IMG/VR virus record: IMGVR_UViG_3300020171_000017
Coordinates: 48,685 to 112,684 of that record
Source of the DNA: a virus
Taxonomy: Duplodnaviria > Heunggongvirae > Uroviricota > Caudoviricetes
Direction: 5' to 3' (one strand)
Length of the DNA: 64,000 bases
The notes beneath the pieces were generated by a model. The model made no database searches and was not told the DNA's origin. It saw only the letters and a program-made list of their open reading frames with translations. Positions 1 to 9,536 of this stretch are shown one piece after another. The stretch's first letter is position 1; each line of letters begins with the position of its first letter. The translations under genes and the position numbers were made by a program.

Positions 1-1
1 T

Positions 2-117
2 ACCGCACAAAAAAAAGATGTCCAAATTTCTTGTGATTCCATTAAATTTAGGGTAGATCGCGTTATTGACTGCGAAAATAGCAATGAGATTGTAATTCAT
101 GCATCCCGTTTAGAGTA
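2..117 (+). CDS. C-terminal fragment of upstream ORF (runs off window start)
   Basis: open frame from window edge to TAA 115-117, directly followed by AAGGAG RBS of next gene. Confidence 0.3.
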
Positions 118-133
118 AAGGAGATATATAAAA

Positions 134-400
134 ATGAACGATATATGGTCAGAAGGTGTACGCAGTATAATGGCAGCGACTAAACGCTCGTTATTAGATT
201 ACATAGACGCATTGGCACGGCAGGTGACACCACAAGAAAAGGCGTTACTTGAGAAAGTAAAATCTAGAGTGCATAATGATGTTTCACAGGCAAGTTTTAA
301 TGTAGGTGTTTTATTAATCACAATGAAATCAGGTGGTGATATCTCCGCATTTGAACAAGATTTAGTAAGGAAAGAAAAAAATGGCGCGGCTAATAATTAA
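134..400 (+). CDS. hypothetical protein (88 aa)
   Basis: RBS AAGGAGATATATAAAAATG; first gene of co-directional structural operon. Confidence 0.5.
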   Translation: MNDIWSEGVRSIMAATKRSLLDYIDALARQVTPQEKALLEKVKSRVHNDVSQASFNVGVLLITMKSGGDISAFEQDLVRKEKNGAANN

Positions 401-1043
401 AGACGCAAAACTAAGTACTGCTGGTAAGGCGCGATTAGATAATATCTCAACTAAATTATCTATGTCAATTCAGGCTATGCTCGAAGAGCAGGTGCCTAGA
501 ATTAAAGACGCGGTAATACAATTCGCGCCTACGGCAGAAGAAGAAGCGAACCTAATTTCTTGGCCTGGGTCGCCTTGGGATTTTTTTCAAGATATTCATA
601 ATACTTTACGCAATGCGATAGAAAGTGAACAGTTTGTAGTGCAAGAGATGAATGATGTAATATCAGTTAATTTAGGAGATACTAAAAAAATAAATCCAGT
701 ACTTAAATTTTCATGGTTTCATGGCAGTAAAAAAGCAGGTACTAGCGAATTGCGCAGTTCTACTGATTCAGACGCAGGCGAAGCATGGTCGCATATGCTT
801 GAAATGTGGGAATATGGCGGTTCAGACCCATTCGTAGTAACAGCAAGAGATGGCGGTAATTTAACACTTTTCGGTCCGAATGAAGATACACATGGTTTAC
901 CGCGTAAAGTTGAAGCGGTTATGAAGCATATACCCTGGATACCACGTGGCCAGCCATTTTCTATGTATCAGTTAGGTGGACAAAAATATAGAGAAACTCT
1001 ATTACGCCAAACAAGAGAAGCGATTAAAAGGGTGCAACTATGA
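381..1043 (+). CDS. hypothetical structural protein (head-tail joining region?)
   Basis: 220-aa ORF, start overlaps upstream stop, position before tail genes. Confidence 0.45.
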   Translation: MARLIIKDAKLSTAGKARLDNISTKLSMSIQAMLEEQVPRIKDAVIQFAPTAEEEANLISWPGSPWDFFQDIHNTLRNAIESEQFVVQEMNDVISVNLGDTKKINPVLKFSWFHGSKKAGTSELRSSTDSDAGEAWSHMLEMWEYGGSDPFVVTARDGGNLTLFGPNEDTHGLPRKVEAVMKHIPWIPRGQPFSMYQLGGQKYRETLLRQTREAIKRVQL

Positions 1044-1588
1044 CGGTAATAGTAAGTAACTATTTAACGGATGTTGTCCAAAGTCTTTATTATTTCCTAA
1101 ACACTGAAACATATACAAAGAGTTCTCTTACTCAAACCTTAAAACAACATTTTAACGATCCACAGTTAGACATCGTATTGGGTTTTCCACCATCATTAAC
1201 TGAACTAATATTACCTACCATAGCATTAGTTCAACAACCTATTGATGTAAAAAAAACAACTACATTCAGAGAACAATATGATGAAAAAATATATTCTTTT
1301 AATTTGTATGGCTTTTGCGGAGGCGAGCAATCATATGAATCTAACCAACGCCAAAGAGATAATCTATGTAATGATTTAGTAACATTACTTGAAGAAACAG
1401 AATATATTAATATCTATTCAGTATCTGATCCGCCAGTTGCGGCAAATTTTGTTACTGCGGCAACAGACGCAGAAATATTAAATGTAAGAAGTAGAAATTT
1501 GCCACCGACGGGTGTGCATGTTTCCGATCGATATAGGTTCTTGATAGAATTTTCGATTGGTTATACAAGATCGATTAAAACAGGTTAA
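1040..1588 (+). CDS. hypothetical structural protein
   Basis: ATGA start/stop overlap with upstream gene, 182 aa. Confidence 0.45.
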   Translation: MTVIVSNYLTDVVQSLYYFLNTETYTKSSLTQTLKQHFNDPQLDIVLGFPPSLTELILPTIALVQQPIDVKKTTTFREQYDEKIYSFNLYGFCGGEQSYESNQRQRDNLCNDLVTLLEETEYINIYSVSDPPVAANFVTAATDAEILNVRSRNLPPTGVHVSDRYRFLIEFSIGYTRSIKTG

Positions 1589-1631
1589 TATTTTATAAAC
1601 AAAAGAAACAAAAATAAGGAGGTGAGACAAG

Positions 1632-2432
1632 ATGCCAGTCCTAAGTTCAGATTTGGTCAAAAGAAAAAAGGAAATTTGTTTTGTCGAAGGTTATTGGATC
1701 GATTGTGCCAATGAATTAACAGGTGCGCTCGATGCTACGCAAGATGTTGTGCATATCTATGGCCAAGATGCTCCTATTCTTGATGTCAATGTGAACAACT
1801 CTACATTAACCCTTGCGGTGTATGATAAAACACAAAACAACATCATGCTTGACGCTTTACAGCAAGATGATCCAGATGATACCACAGCTAAACAGTATAA
1901 CTGGAACAACGTTGTGCAAACTTCTGTTTGGGCGAACCGTATCAATGCGGCGAACACTCAGTACACACGTTCAGTGTTTTATAAAAACTGGATACCCGTG
2001 CCTGGTTTATCGCAAGGCGATCCAGCGGCTAAAGGCACGCGTTCTTTCGCCGGCAACGCCGAAGTAGCGAAAGAGTTCACGCAGCCGATTATCGGCCAGA
2101 AGATTCATTTAACTTCCGGCGCGTCAGGTTACACAGGCACGTTAGCGTATGTGCCGGTACAAGTGCCTGATGAAACGGTATATGCTCTGCGCGTAGTAGC
2201 GATTAGAGACAATCGTACAGGTACGCATATTTCTACGTTCGATACTGAAGATTTAACAATTACAGCGGCGATGGTTACCGTGGATAAATCGGTTGTAATT
2301 CCGCAAGCTTCATTAGTCAGTGGTTTGTTAAACAAAGGTCCAAATGCGGCGTATGTGAATTATCTGTATGACAAAACATTAGGTGTGTACCCAACCTTAA
2401 CAGGTTCAGGTATGTTTACAACTAAGTATTAA
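1632..2432 (+). CDS. putative major tail protein
   Basis: strong RBS AAGGAGGTG; 266 aa; sits immediately upstream of chaperone pair and tape measure (conserved synteny). Confidence 0.45.
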   Translation: MPVLSSDLVKRKKEICFVEGYWIDCANELTGALDATQDVVHIYGQDAPILDVNVNNSTLTLAVYDKTQNNIMLDALQQDDPDDTTAKQYNWNNVVQTSVWANRINAANTQYTRSVFYKNWIPVPGLSQGDPAAKGTRSFAGNAEVAKEFTQPIIGQKIHLTSGASGYTGTLAYVPVQVPDETVYALRVVAIRDNRTGTHISTFDTEDLTITAAMVTVDKSVVIPQASLVSGLLNKGPNAAYVNYLYDKTLGVYPTLTGSGMFTTKY

Positions 2433-2454
2433 ATTGGTTTTTTAGGAGGATCGA

Positions 2455-3192
2455 ATGGCAGACACCAAATTGATTGAAAAGAAAAAGGTTGATATTTATT
2501 CGTTGTACAAAAAAGAAAAAACTATACACATTGAAGATAATGAAGGCAACTATATCGATGTGTTGCTAGTGAAAATGACACAAGGCCAACGTATCGACGC
2601 ACTTGATTCTTATAGTGTGTATATTGAAAAAGAACGCGTAAAGTTGCGAGAGCAGGAAGAGAAAACTCACCAGCTTGCTCTCGCTACTGAACGATATAAA
2701 CCAGAAGATATAATTGATAGTTTAATCGCTTTTGAACTCGCGCAATATAATGAGATCATAGATTTATACCCTAGTTTAGAAGGAAAGACAGAAGAAGAAA
2801 AAACTAAAATTATCGAAGAAGAAACCGCTAAGTTCAAAAATACCAGGAAAGAAGAATTAACGAAAAAACCGAAAGAAGAAGTAATAAAACTTTTTCTTGA
2901 TATGTCGCTAGAAGCGCAGGCGTTGTTAAATTCAGTACGAATATTGAATTACGCGAGTCTGGTTTATATGTGCCATGACGCTGAAACTCGAAAGCCGATT
3001 TTTGGGTCTATAGACGATATAAACAAGGTTTTAGATAAAACTGTTATTGAACAGTTGATTGATGAAATGACCGAATTTCGTAAATTCGAAACGCAGAAAA
3101 GAATCAGAGAAATAGCGTCTAAAGATCCAGGTTTTTTGGAAGTTGGGGTGTCGCCAAAAAGCTCAATAGACTCCCCTGTTATAGTGAGCTAG
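2455..3192 (+). CDS. tail assembly chaperone (gpG-like)
   Basis: acidic 245-aa protein directly upstream of tape measure; slippery T_TTT_TTG near 3' end with -1 frame open downstream. Confidence 0.55.
   Translation: MADTKLIEKKKVDIYSLYKKEKTIHIEDNEGNYIDVLLVKMTQGQRIDALDSYSVYIEKERVKLREQEEKTHQLALATERYKPEDIIDSLIAFELAQYNEIIDLYPSLEGKTEEEKTKIIEEETAKFKNTRKEELTKKPKEEVIKLFLDMSLEAQALLNSVRILNYASLVYMCHDAETRKPIFGSIDDINKVLDKTVIEQLIDEMTEFRKFETQKRIREIASKDPGFLEVGVSPKSSIDSPVIVS
3132..3138 (+). promoter_or_regulatory. candidate -1 programmed ribosomal frameshift slippery heptamer (T TTT TTG)
   Basis: in-frame codons ggT TTT TTG of chaperone ORF; -1 frame has no stop from 3132 to 3479. Confidence 0.45.
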
Positions 3193-3239
3193 AGGTATAT
3201 GAACTGCCTGTAGATTTTTTTGGTATCGCGCAGTTTAGA

Positions 3240-3479
3240 ATGTACTTAGATTCAATAGAAGAAACGTTATCTTATTATGATAATATCAGCGAACCTTATG
3301 ATTATGTTAAGTATACGCCGTCTTTATTTAATAAATGGTGCGATTGGGCTCGAAGTTATAAAGCGCCAGAACATGATATGTCTATGCGGCCTTTTGGCGA
3401 AAAGGCCGGGCCTGATTGGATGAAGGGCGAGTTTTTAGATATTAAAGGGTTTTACGAGTATTATACGGATATAATTTAA
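3240..3479 (+). CDS. -1 frame extension (gpT-like) of tail assembly chaperone; annotated from first ATG but frame is open from 3132
   Basis: -1 frame relative to 2455..3192; classic G/GT arrangement before tape measure. Confidence 0.45.
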   Translation: MYLDSIEETLSYYDNISEPYDYVKYTPSLFNKWCDWARSYKAPEHDMSMRPFGEKAGPDWMKGEFLDIKGFYEYYTDII

Positions 3480-3595
3480 AAGAATTTAAATTAATTCTAA
3501 TTTAAATAGGTGAAGACAAGAGGCAACAATTTTATATAAAAAATTTGAGAATCGAGTCTCTTGTTCTTCATCTGTTGATTAATTGAAAAAAAACC

Positions 3596-6500
3596 ATGGC
3601 AAACGAAGATATATTACTTACAGTAGGCATTAGCCTTGAATCGATAAAGAAAGCCAAACAGCAGCTTATTTCTGAAATTGCTCAGATAAAAGTTCCTGAT
3701 GTTGGTGGTATTGATGATACTGTACGGTCGCTAAAAGAACTTACTAAAGAGAGACAAGCACTTAATACTGCCGCTAAATCTTCGAAACTTATCGACGCGA
3801 ATAACGTAAAATTTGCCGCTGATGTCGCTAAAGCTATTGATAAAGAAATAACTTCTACGTACAAAGCTGATGAAGCTAATAAGAAACTGGCTATTTCTAC
3901 CGCTTTCTATACGAAAGTAGCGCAAGAAGAGGGTAATACTCTTGCTAAATTAACTGCTGAAAGAAATATTTACTATAAAGCTACTGCACAAAACATTAAA
4001 TTAGACGAAAAAGGTGCCGCGCGATTAAAAGAAATAGAGTCTTTACGCCAAAAAGCAATCCAATCACAATTAACGCAAAAGCAAGATACTCCGAAAGCCG
4101 AAGAGTTCATGAAGGCTAACCAACAGGTTGAAAATCTTGCTAAAACTACCGCGTATTATTCTGAAAAGAACAAGATTATGGGCACTACTTTAAATAGCGT
4201 TACTTCAGAACTAAATGCTTATTTAAAGGTAGAAGCTGACGGTATTACATTAACCGGCGATGCTCTCGCGCAAAAAGAAAAGTTGACTACGCAGTACGCT
4301 AAATTAGCAAAAGCACAGAAAGGTTTTTTTCATGGCATAGATTTAGGCAGGTTGATGCTCTGGGCCGTAGGCTGGAAGGTAATTTACGGCGCGTTGAATA
4401 TAGTATTAAATAGTTTTGGTGAAGTATTTACTATAGTCGGTAAGGTAAATGAAGTTATTCTTCAATCAAGAATCGTTAATCAAGAGACTGCTGCTATATT
4501 TACTAAAGATTATGATCAAATGCGGAAGGCGATATTTAATTTTTCTAAAAATTCTTCTGTGTCTGTAGTACAATTAGCCAATGCATATAAAATACTCACT
4601 TATGAAGGTGCGAAACTTAGTACTTCATTAGCGGCATTACCGAATGTACGTAATCTGATGGTTATTACCGGTGAGAAAGAGAATGTCGTCGCACAGGCTT
4701 TAATTGAGACTTATGAATTGTTTGGTAATAAAGTAAGATCAGCAGGCACTGAAAGCGCTAAATTAACACGCATAACAGATATACTTGCCACTGTATTTAC
4801 GAAAGCGCATATCTCTTTGTCTGAATACCAGAATATAATGGGGTTTATTGCGCCTATAGGGTCTGAAGCAGCAGAGAGTTTCGAGTTTCTTGCTGGTATG
4901 CTTATTTTTGCTGACGCACAAATGTTAGGCGGTAGGCGCGCGGGTATGGCGCTAATGGAGACGCTTGTAGGTTTGACAGTGAATACAGGTAAGTTGTCAG
5001 AAGTATTTGGTATTACCTTTCAGCCCGGAGAAATGATTACCGTAGAAAAAGTATTGAATAAGATTAGATATCATATAAAAGATTTATCTGATCCACAAAA
5101 AAGATACTTACTGTCTAATATATTTAAAGGTTCAGCATTAGAGTTAATGATAAAAGCGCTTAAAGAAACTAACGAAGGTATTGTTGATTTAACAAAGAAT
5201 GCTGATGGATTAGGTGAAAAATTAAATGAAAGTATGAGAAAAGCACATCCTGCCACAATATTTTTTAGTAACATCTGGAAAGATATTGCTAAAAACATGG
5301 AAAAAGCTTCTACTGATGCAGGCAATGCTGCTGATGATTATCGTGAAATGGTGCGAGAGCAAGGTAAGTTACGGCGTGAACCTGCAATGGAGAGAGAGTT
5401 CCCAGAACTTAAAGCAAAAGGTTTAGAATCAAGTACTGAGTTTGGTAAATCTCCATTAGGCGCGAGTATCGGTTTTGGTAAAGAGCAGTTGGCAAACTTA
5501 AAAGAAAGTAAAGATTTATGGTCAGGTAATAATGAAAAAGTTAAAGAAATGGCAAAGAATGTTAAAGAAATGGTTAAGGCTGAATTTGTTTATACATACG
5601 AATTAAAAAGCCAATTATCTTTACTTGATAAAAAACAACAGCTAACTCTTGCTGAGGCTGCGGGAGCGTCTTTTTCTTATTTAAATCAACAAAAGATGAA
5701 TATCGCTTTAGAAGAAAGTGTGTCTTGGATTGAAGATGAATCAAAGAAACAAAAAATAATAAATGAAATTTTATCTTTAAAAGAAGCTACAGCAAAAAAT
5801 ATTTATGATGTTTTTGCCGAAAATGTTGATATTCACGAGCATGAAAAACAAATTCTAGCGTCTACTAACGAGATTCTAGCTGAGAAGTATGCTTTGCAAG
5901 TTAAGATGACCGAAGAAATTAGAGCTTTAGCCGACGATTTACAATCTAAAACCGCTGATTTCGCGAAAAATTTAATGACTGGGACTGGTAATATAAAAGA
6001 ATTTTTAAATGGAATTACAGATAGTTTTAGAACTACTTTCGCTAATAATTTAGTGCAGATGTTTGGAGAAAAAACAGGGATATTTGCGAGTATGGCGGGT
6101 ACGTTTATGTCGCCAATTGCTAAAGCTCATTATAATGGCATTCAGTCAGCAGTGCCTAGTATCATAGCCGCCCATGTAAAAGGAATTACCGATGGTATGG
6201 CTAGTGCACAAAGTGGTGGATCACCAGGTGTTGGGGCACAAGGTGCAGGTCAATTTGGTGCAATGACTGGTTTTATGGGGAATATAGGTAGTATTTTTGG
6301 AGGTCAAAAAGGAGCACAAACAGCTACCGTTTCACCAATGAAAGCAGCAGGTGGTTCTACTCAGGTACCAGTAAAACCAGCGGGAAGTAGATTAAATCTC
6401 GCGGCTGCTGGTAGAGCAGGAGGACAAGCTCTAGGTGCTGCTGGAGCTCTTTACGGAGGATACCAAGGCGTAATGGCGCAAAGAGGGCAAGGTTCTGGTA

Positions 6501-6832
6501 CTGGTGCGTTAGGTGGAGCGATGTCGGGAGCAATGGCGGGGAGTATGTTTGGTCCATGGGGTATGGCTATAGGTGCCGTAGTGGGCGGCGTAATGGGGGC
6601 GATACAGAGTGGTAAGAAAAAAAAGGACATACCTCCTGAAATAAAACAACAAACCATTGAAATTACGTCCAGACTAAACGTGAGTAACCGCGAATTGCAG
6701 ATTGTAAACAGGAATTTAGAAAATATAAGAAAAGGTTTTGAGGGTTTTATTTTTCAACGGTCCGCTTATTTTTCTGAGAGTCGTGCCAGTGAAGAGTTTG
6801 CTTCAGATAAAAGTAGAGGGTATATAGGATGA
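3596..6832 (+). CDS. tail tape measure protein
   Basis: 1078 aa, coiled-coil-rich N-terminal two-thirds, Gly/Ala-rich C-terminal region, downstream of chaperone pair. Confidence 0.8.
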   Translation: MANEDILLTVGISLESIKKAKQQLISEIAQIKVPDVGGIDDTVRSLKELTKERQALNTAAKSSKLIDANNVKFAADVAKAIDKEITSTYKADEANKKLAISTAFYTKVAQEEGNTLAKLTAERNIYYKATAQNIKLDEKGAARLKEIESLRQKAIQSQLTQKQDTPKAEEFMKANQQVENLAKTTAYYSEKNKIMGTTLNSVTSELNAYLKVEADGITLTGDALAQKEKLTTQYAKLAKAQKGFFHGIDLGRLMLWAVGWKVIYGALNIVLNSFGEVFTIVGKVNEVILQSRIVNQETAAIFTKDYDQMRKAIFNFSKNSSVSVVQLANAYKILTYEGAKLSTSLAALPNVRNLMVITGEKENVVAQALIETYELFGNKVRSAGTESAKLTRITDILATVFTKAHISLSEYQNIMGFIAPIGSEAAESFEFLAGMLIFADAQMLGGRRAGMALMETLVGLTVNTGKLSEVFGITFQPGEMITVEKVLNKIRYHIKDLSDPQKRYLLSNIFKGSALELMIKALKETNEGIVDLTKNADGLGEKLNESMRKAHPATIFFSNIWKDIAKNMEKASTDAGNAADDYREMVREQGKLRREPAMEREFPELKAKGLESSTEFGKSPLGASIGFGKEQLANLKESKDLWSGNNEKVKEMAKNVKEMVKAEFVYTYELKSQLSLLDKKQQLTLAEAAGASFSYLNQQKMNIALEESVSWIEDESKKQKIINEILSLKEATAKNIYDVFAENVDIHEHEKQILASTNEILAEKYALQVKMTEEIRALADDLQSKTADFAKNLMTGTGNIKEFLNGITDSFRTTFANNLVQMFGEKTGIFASMAGTFMSPIAKAHYNGIQSAVPSIIAAHVKGITDGMASAQSGGSPGVGAQGAGQFGAMTGFMGNIGSIFGGQKGAQTATVSPMKAAGGSTQVPVKPAGSRLNLAAAGRAGGQALGAAGALYGGYQGVMAQRGQGSGTGALGGAMSGAMAGSMFGPWGMAIGAVVGGVMGAIQSGKKKKDIPPEIKQQTIEITSRLNVSNRELQIVNRNLENIRKGFEGFIFQRSAYFSESRASEEFASDKSRGYIG

Positions 6833-8205
6833 AAATTAATATGAAAAAAATAAAAGTTTGTTGTAATTATTGTAATAAAATAATATTTACATCTAATTGG
6901 TCATTAAAAAATTATAAACATCATTTTTGTAATAATCTTTGTATGCGTAAATTTTATAAAGGTAAAAATCACCCTAGGTTTTCTAAAAAAGTATTAGTTC
7001 ATTGTAAAAATTGTAAAAAAGATATTTTAAGAAAAAAAAGCCACATAAAGAAAAATAAATTTAATTTTTGTAATTTAAAATGTAGAAGTATTTTTTATAA
7101 AATTAATCTTGGATTAAATAATCCAAGATATTGTAAAATTAAAGTTAAATGTTTATATTGTAAAAAGGTTATTTTTAGAAAACCTAGTCGAATTAAAAAA
7201 CAAAAAAATCATTTTTGTGATAAGGATTGCTTAACAAAATATCAAACTAAACAAATAAAAATTAGTTGTGATGTCTGTGGTAAACAATTATTTAGAAAAA
7301 TTTCTGATTTTAAAAAACATAAACATCATTTTTGTAATAAAAAATGTTATGGTAAATCTATTATTGGAAAAAATAATCCTAATTATAAGAATATTACAAA
7401 AATTCATATAAATAAAAAAGCAACAAAAAAAATAAAGCCTTTGATAAAATCACAAAAAAATAAAGAGGTAAAAATAAAATGTACTTGTTGTAAAAAAATA
7501 ATTTATAGAACAATTAAGCGTATAAAAAAGAATAAGAATAATTTCTGTAGTATAAAATGTTGCAATACTTTTTATAAAAATGAAAATAGTCCAAATTATA
7601 CTAAAATAAAAGTACTTTGTAAACAGTGTAAAAAGATTTTATTTAAAAATATTTCTTGTGTAAAAAGACAAAAACATCAATTTTGTGATAGAGTTTGTTT
7701 TAGTAAATGGCGGGATAAGGTATCAAAAGTTAAAGTTATTTGTGCTTGTTGTAAACATACTTTTTTAAGAAAAAAATGCCATTTAAAAAAATTCAAAAAT
7801 TATTTTTGTAGTAATAAATGTAGAAATATTTTTTTTAAAGATCATTTACCTTTTGTTCCTACACAATTAACAGGCAAAGATCACCCAGGTTGGAATAATG
7901 GTTCATCATTTGAACCGTATGGTCTAGATTTTAATAATAATTTGAGAGAATTTATTCGTAAACGTGATAAGTATATTTGCCAAAATCCTAATTGCGGCAT
8001 ACCTGAAAAAGAATGTTTTAAAGATTTAATTTCACATCATATCGACTATAATAAAAGGAATAATCATCCAATAAATTTAATAGCCTTGTGCCAAAGTTGT
8101 CATAGTAAAAGTAACTTTAGCAGAGGTTATTGGAAAACTCTTTACGAAGATATACAGATTAAACGTAAAGTACATATGTTAGAAAGAGCTGCAGAACAAC
8201 CTTAA
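6829..8205 (+). CDS. HNH endonuclease with seven N-terminal tandem Cys-rich (zinc-ribbon-like) repeats
   Basis: 7 repeats of C-x2-C-K-x-I/L-F-R-K...K-K-x-K-x-x-F-C-x3-C (~45 aa each); C-terminal HNH motif ...SHHIDYNKRNNHPINLIALCQSCHSK; extreme Lys/Asn/Ile codon bias versus neighbours. Confidence 0.7.
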   Translation: MKINMKKIKVCCNYCNKIIFTSNWSLKNYKHHFCNNLCMRKFYKGKNHPRFSKKVLVHCKNCKKDILRKKSHIKKNKFNFCNLKCRSIFYKINLGLNNPRYCKIKVKCLYCKKVIFRKPSRIKKQKNHFCDKDCLTKYQTKQIKISCDVCGKQLFRKISDFKKHKHHFCNKKCYGKSIIGKNNPNYKNITKIHINKKATKKIKPLIKSQKNKEVKIKCTCCKKIIYRTIKRIKKNKNNFCSIKCCNTFYKNENSPNYTKIKVLCKQCKKILFKNISCVKRQKHQFCDRVCFSKWRDKVSKVKVICACCKHTFLRKKCHLKKFKNYFCSNKCRNIFFKDHLPFVPTQLTGKDHPGWNNGSSFEPYGLDFNNNLREFIRKRDKYICQNPNCGIPEKECFKDLISHHIDYNKRNNHPINLIALCQSCHSKSNFSRGYWKTLYEDIQIKRKVHMLERAAEQP

Positions 8206-8221
8206 AAAGGAGACTTAAAAA

Positions 8222-8512
8222 ATGGAAATAATTAATAAAAATGGTGAAAAAAAGAATAATGTATATCCAGTATCTGACTTCTATCTTGCGGCATTTTTAA
8301 AAGCACGCGGTTTAAAACTAAATGAAACTCAAAGAGAAGGCCGCAGAGTTACTTTCGTTTTTGAAGATCGTGAAGACAGACCTAATTTAACTAAAGATTT
8401 TTATAATGACGGCAGTGTGCAGGTTAATCCGTTTATTCATGCAATACAAGATCTAAAATCTATAATCTACAACGTTCCTGATGAGGTGATAAAAAAGGCT
8501 TCGCCAGCCTAA
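8222..8512 (+). CDS. hypothetical protein (96 aa)
   Basis: RBS AAAGGAGAC; co-directional. Confidence 0.4.
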   Translation: MEIINKNGEKKNNVYPVSDFYLAAFLKARGLKLNETQREGRRVTFVFEDREDRPNLTKDFYNDGSVQVNPFIHAIQDLKSIIYNVPDEVIKKASPA

Positions 8513-8531
8513 ATAAAAGGGAGATGTAAAA

Positions 8532-9062
8532 ATGGAAAACAAAGAAGTGATAAAAGAAGCGAGTAGGCTCGCGATGGAAGAGATGAAAAACGAAGAAATA
8601 AACCGTATCAAATTAGTAGTAAAAACAACATTAGAACAACTTCAGAAAAAAGAAGCGGCACGCAAAGTTCTAGACGAAGAAATAAAGATTCTAAACCGTG
8701 ATATTGCCGACTTAAAAGAAGGCCGTATCGACCGTATTAAAGAACGGCAAGATATCGATCCGAAAGCGAAAGAAGTTTCGGTGATAATAATTAAAGAAAA
8801 GATAGTCGAGCGTCAAGTGCCTAGTCCTTGGTATATACCATGGGTAATTGAAGTTAAACCACAATATATACCAATATATCCAACAGTTAATCCTATATGG
8901 TGTGGTACAAATCTTACTTTATTGGATAGTAGTGCGACAATAAATGGTATATCGAATTTAACACTTACCAGTAATTCAATATTCACAACAACTAATTCGA
9001 TGACACATATGTACACTGGTGGCACATATCAATTAGAAAATGGCACAATAAAGAATCTTTAA
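8532..9062 (+). CDS. hypothetical tail-associated protein with N-terminal coiled coil
   Basis: RBS AAGGGAGATG; 176 aa. Confidence 0.4.
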   Translation: MENKEVIKEASRLAMEEMKNEEINRIKLVVKTTLEQLQKKEAARKVLDEEIKILNRDIADLKEGRIDRIKERQDIDPKAKEVSVIIIKEKIVERQVPSPWYIPWVIEVKPQYIPIYPTVNPIWCGTNLTLLDSSATINGISNLTLTSNSIFTTTNSMTHMYTGGTYQLENGTIKNL

Positions 9063-9090
9063 AAACTAAAGGCTGGCGAGGCTATATTAT

Positions 9091-9534
9091 ATGGGAATAA
9101 TAAAATATTGGAGTGTAAATTTTTTTGATAGTGGTGCAAGTTCCGGGACTGGCGATTGGGTTAAAGATACCCAAATCCCTCGTGGTGGCATTGACCCTTT
9201 TACTCGTATAAAAGAAAGTACAATCGGATTTCTTACTTTAGCCGATGGTTCAGAAACTAAAATCTCTAGCGAAACTACAAGTAACTGGGGTGATATAACT
9301 TTGACTTTCCCTAAACAAGTAATAACTGAGGCGGTAAAAACGCAACTGCAAGGATATATAGATAATGAACAAGGCGTGCAAATAGTAATACCTATTACTA
9401 CAGGCGCTTCTAGTTATACCGAAAAAGTTATTGAAGGTTATATTACTAAATATGATGAGAAATGGGAACTTGATTCTAGAAGTAATATCAGATATACAGT
9501 ACATTTAACATTGCATGAATTTGCAGTAGATTAA
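9091..9534 (+). CDS. hypothetical tail protein
   Basis: 147 aa, tight spacing within the tail operon. Confidence 0.4.
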   Translation: MGIIKYWSVNFFDSGASSGTGDWVKDTQIPRGGIDPFTRIKESTIGFLTLADGSETKISSETTSNWGDITLTFPKQVITEAVKTQLQGYIDNEQGVQIVIPITTGASSYTEKVIEGYITKYDEKWELDSRSNIRYTVHLTLHEFAVD

Positions 9535-9536
9535 TT

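Noticed and set aside
1478-2335. Short antisense ORFs inside the major tail and neighbouring genes (1478..1660 -, 1757..1957 -, 1813..2067 +, 2129..2335 -)
   Set aside because: Embedded in longer, RBS-supported plus-strand genes; typical shadow ORFs
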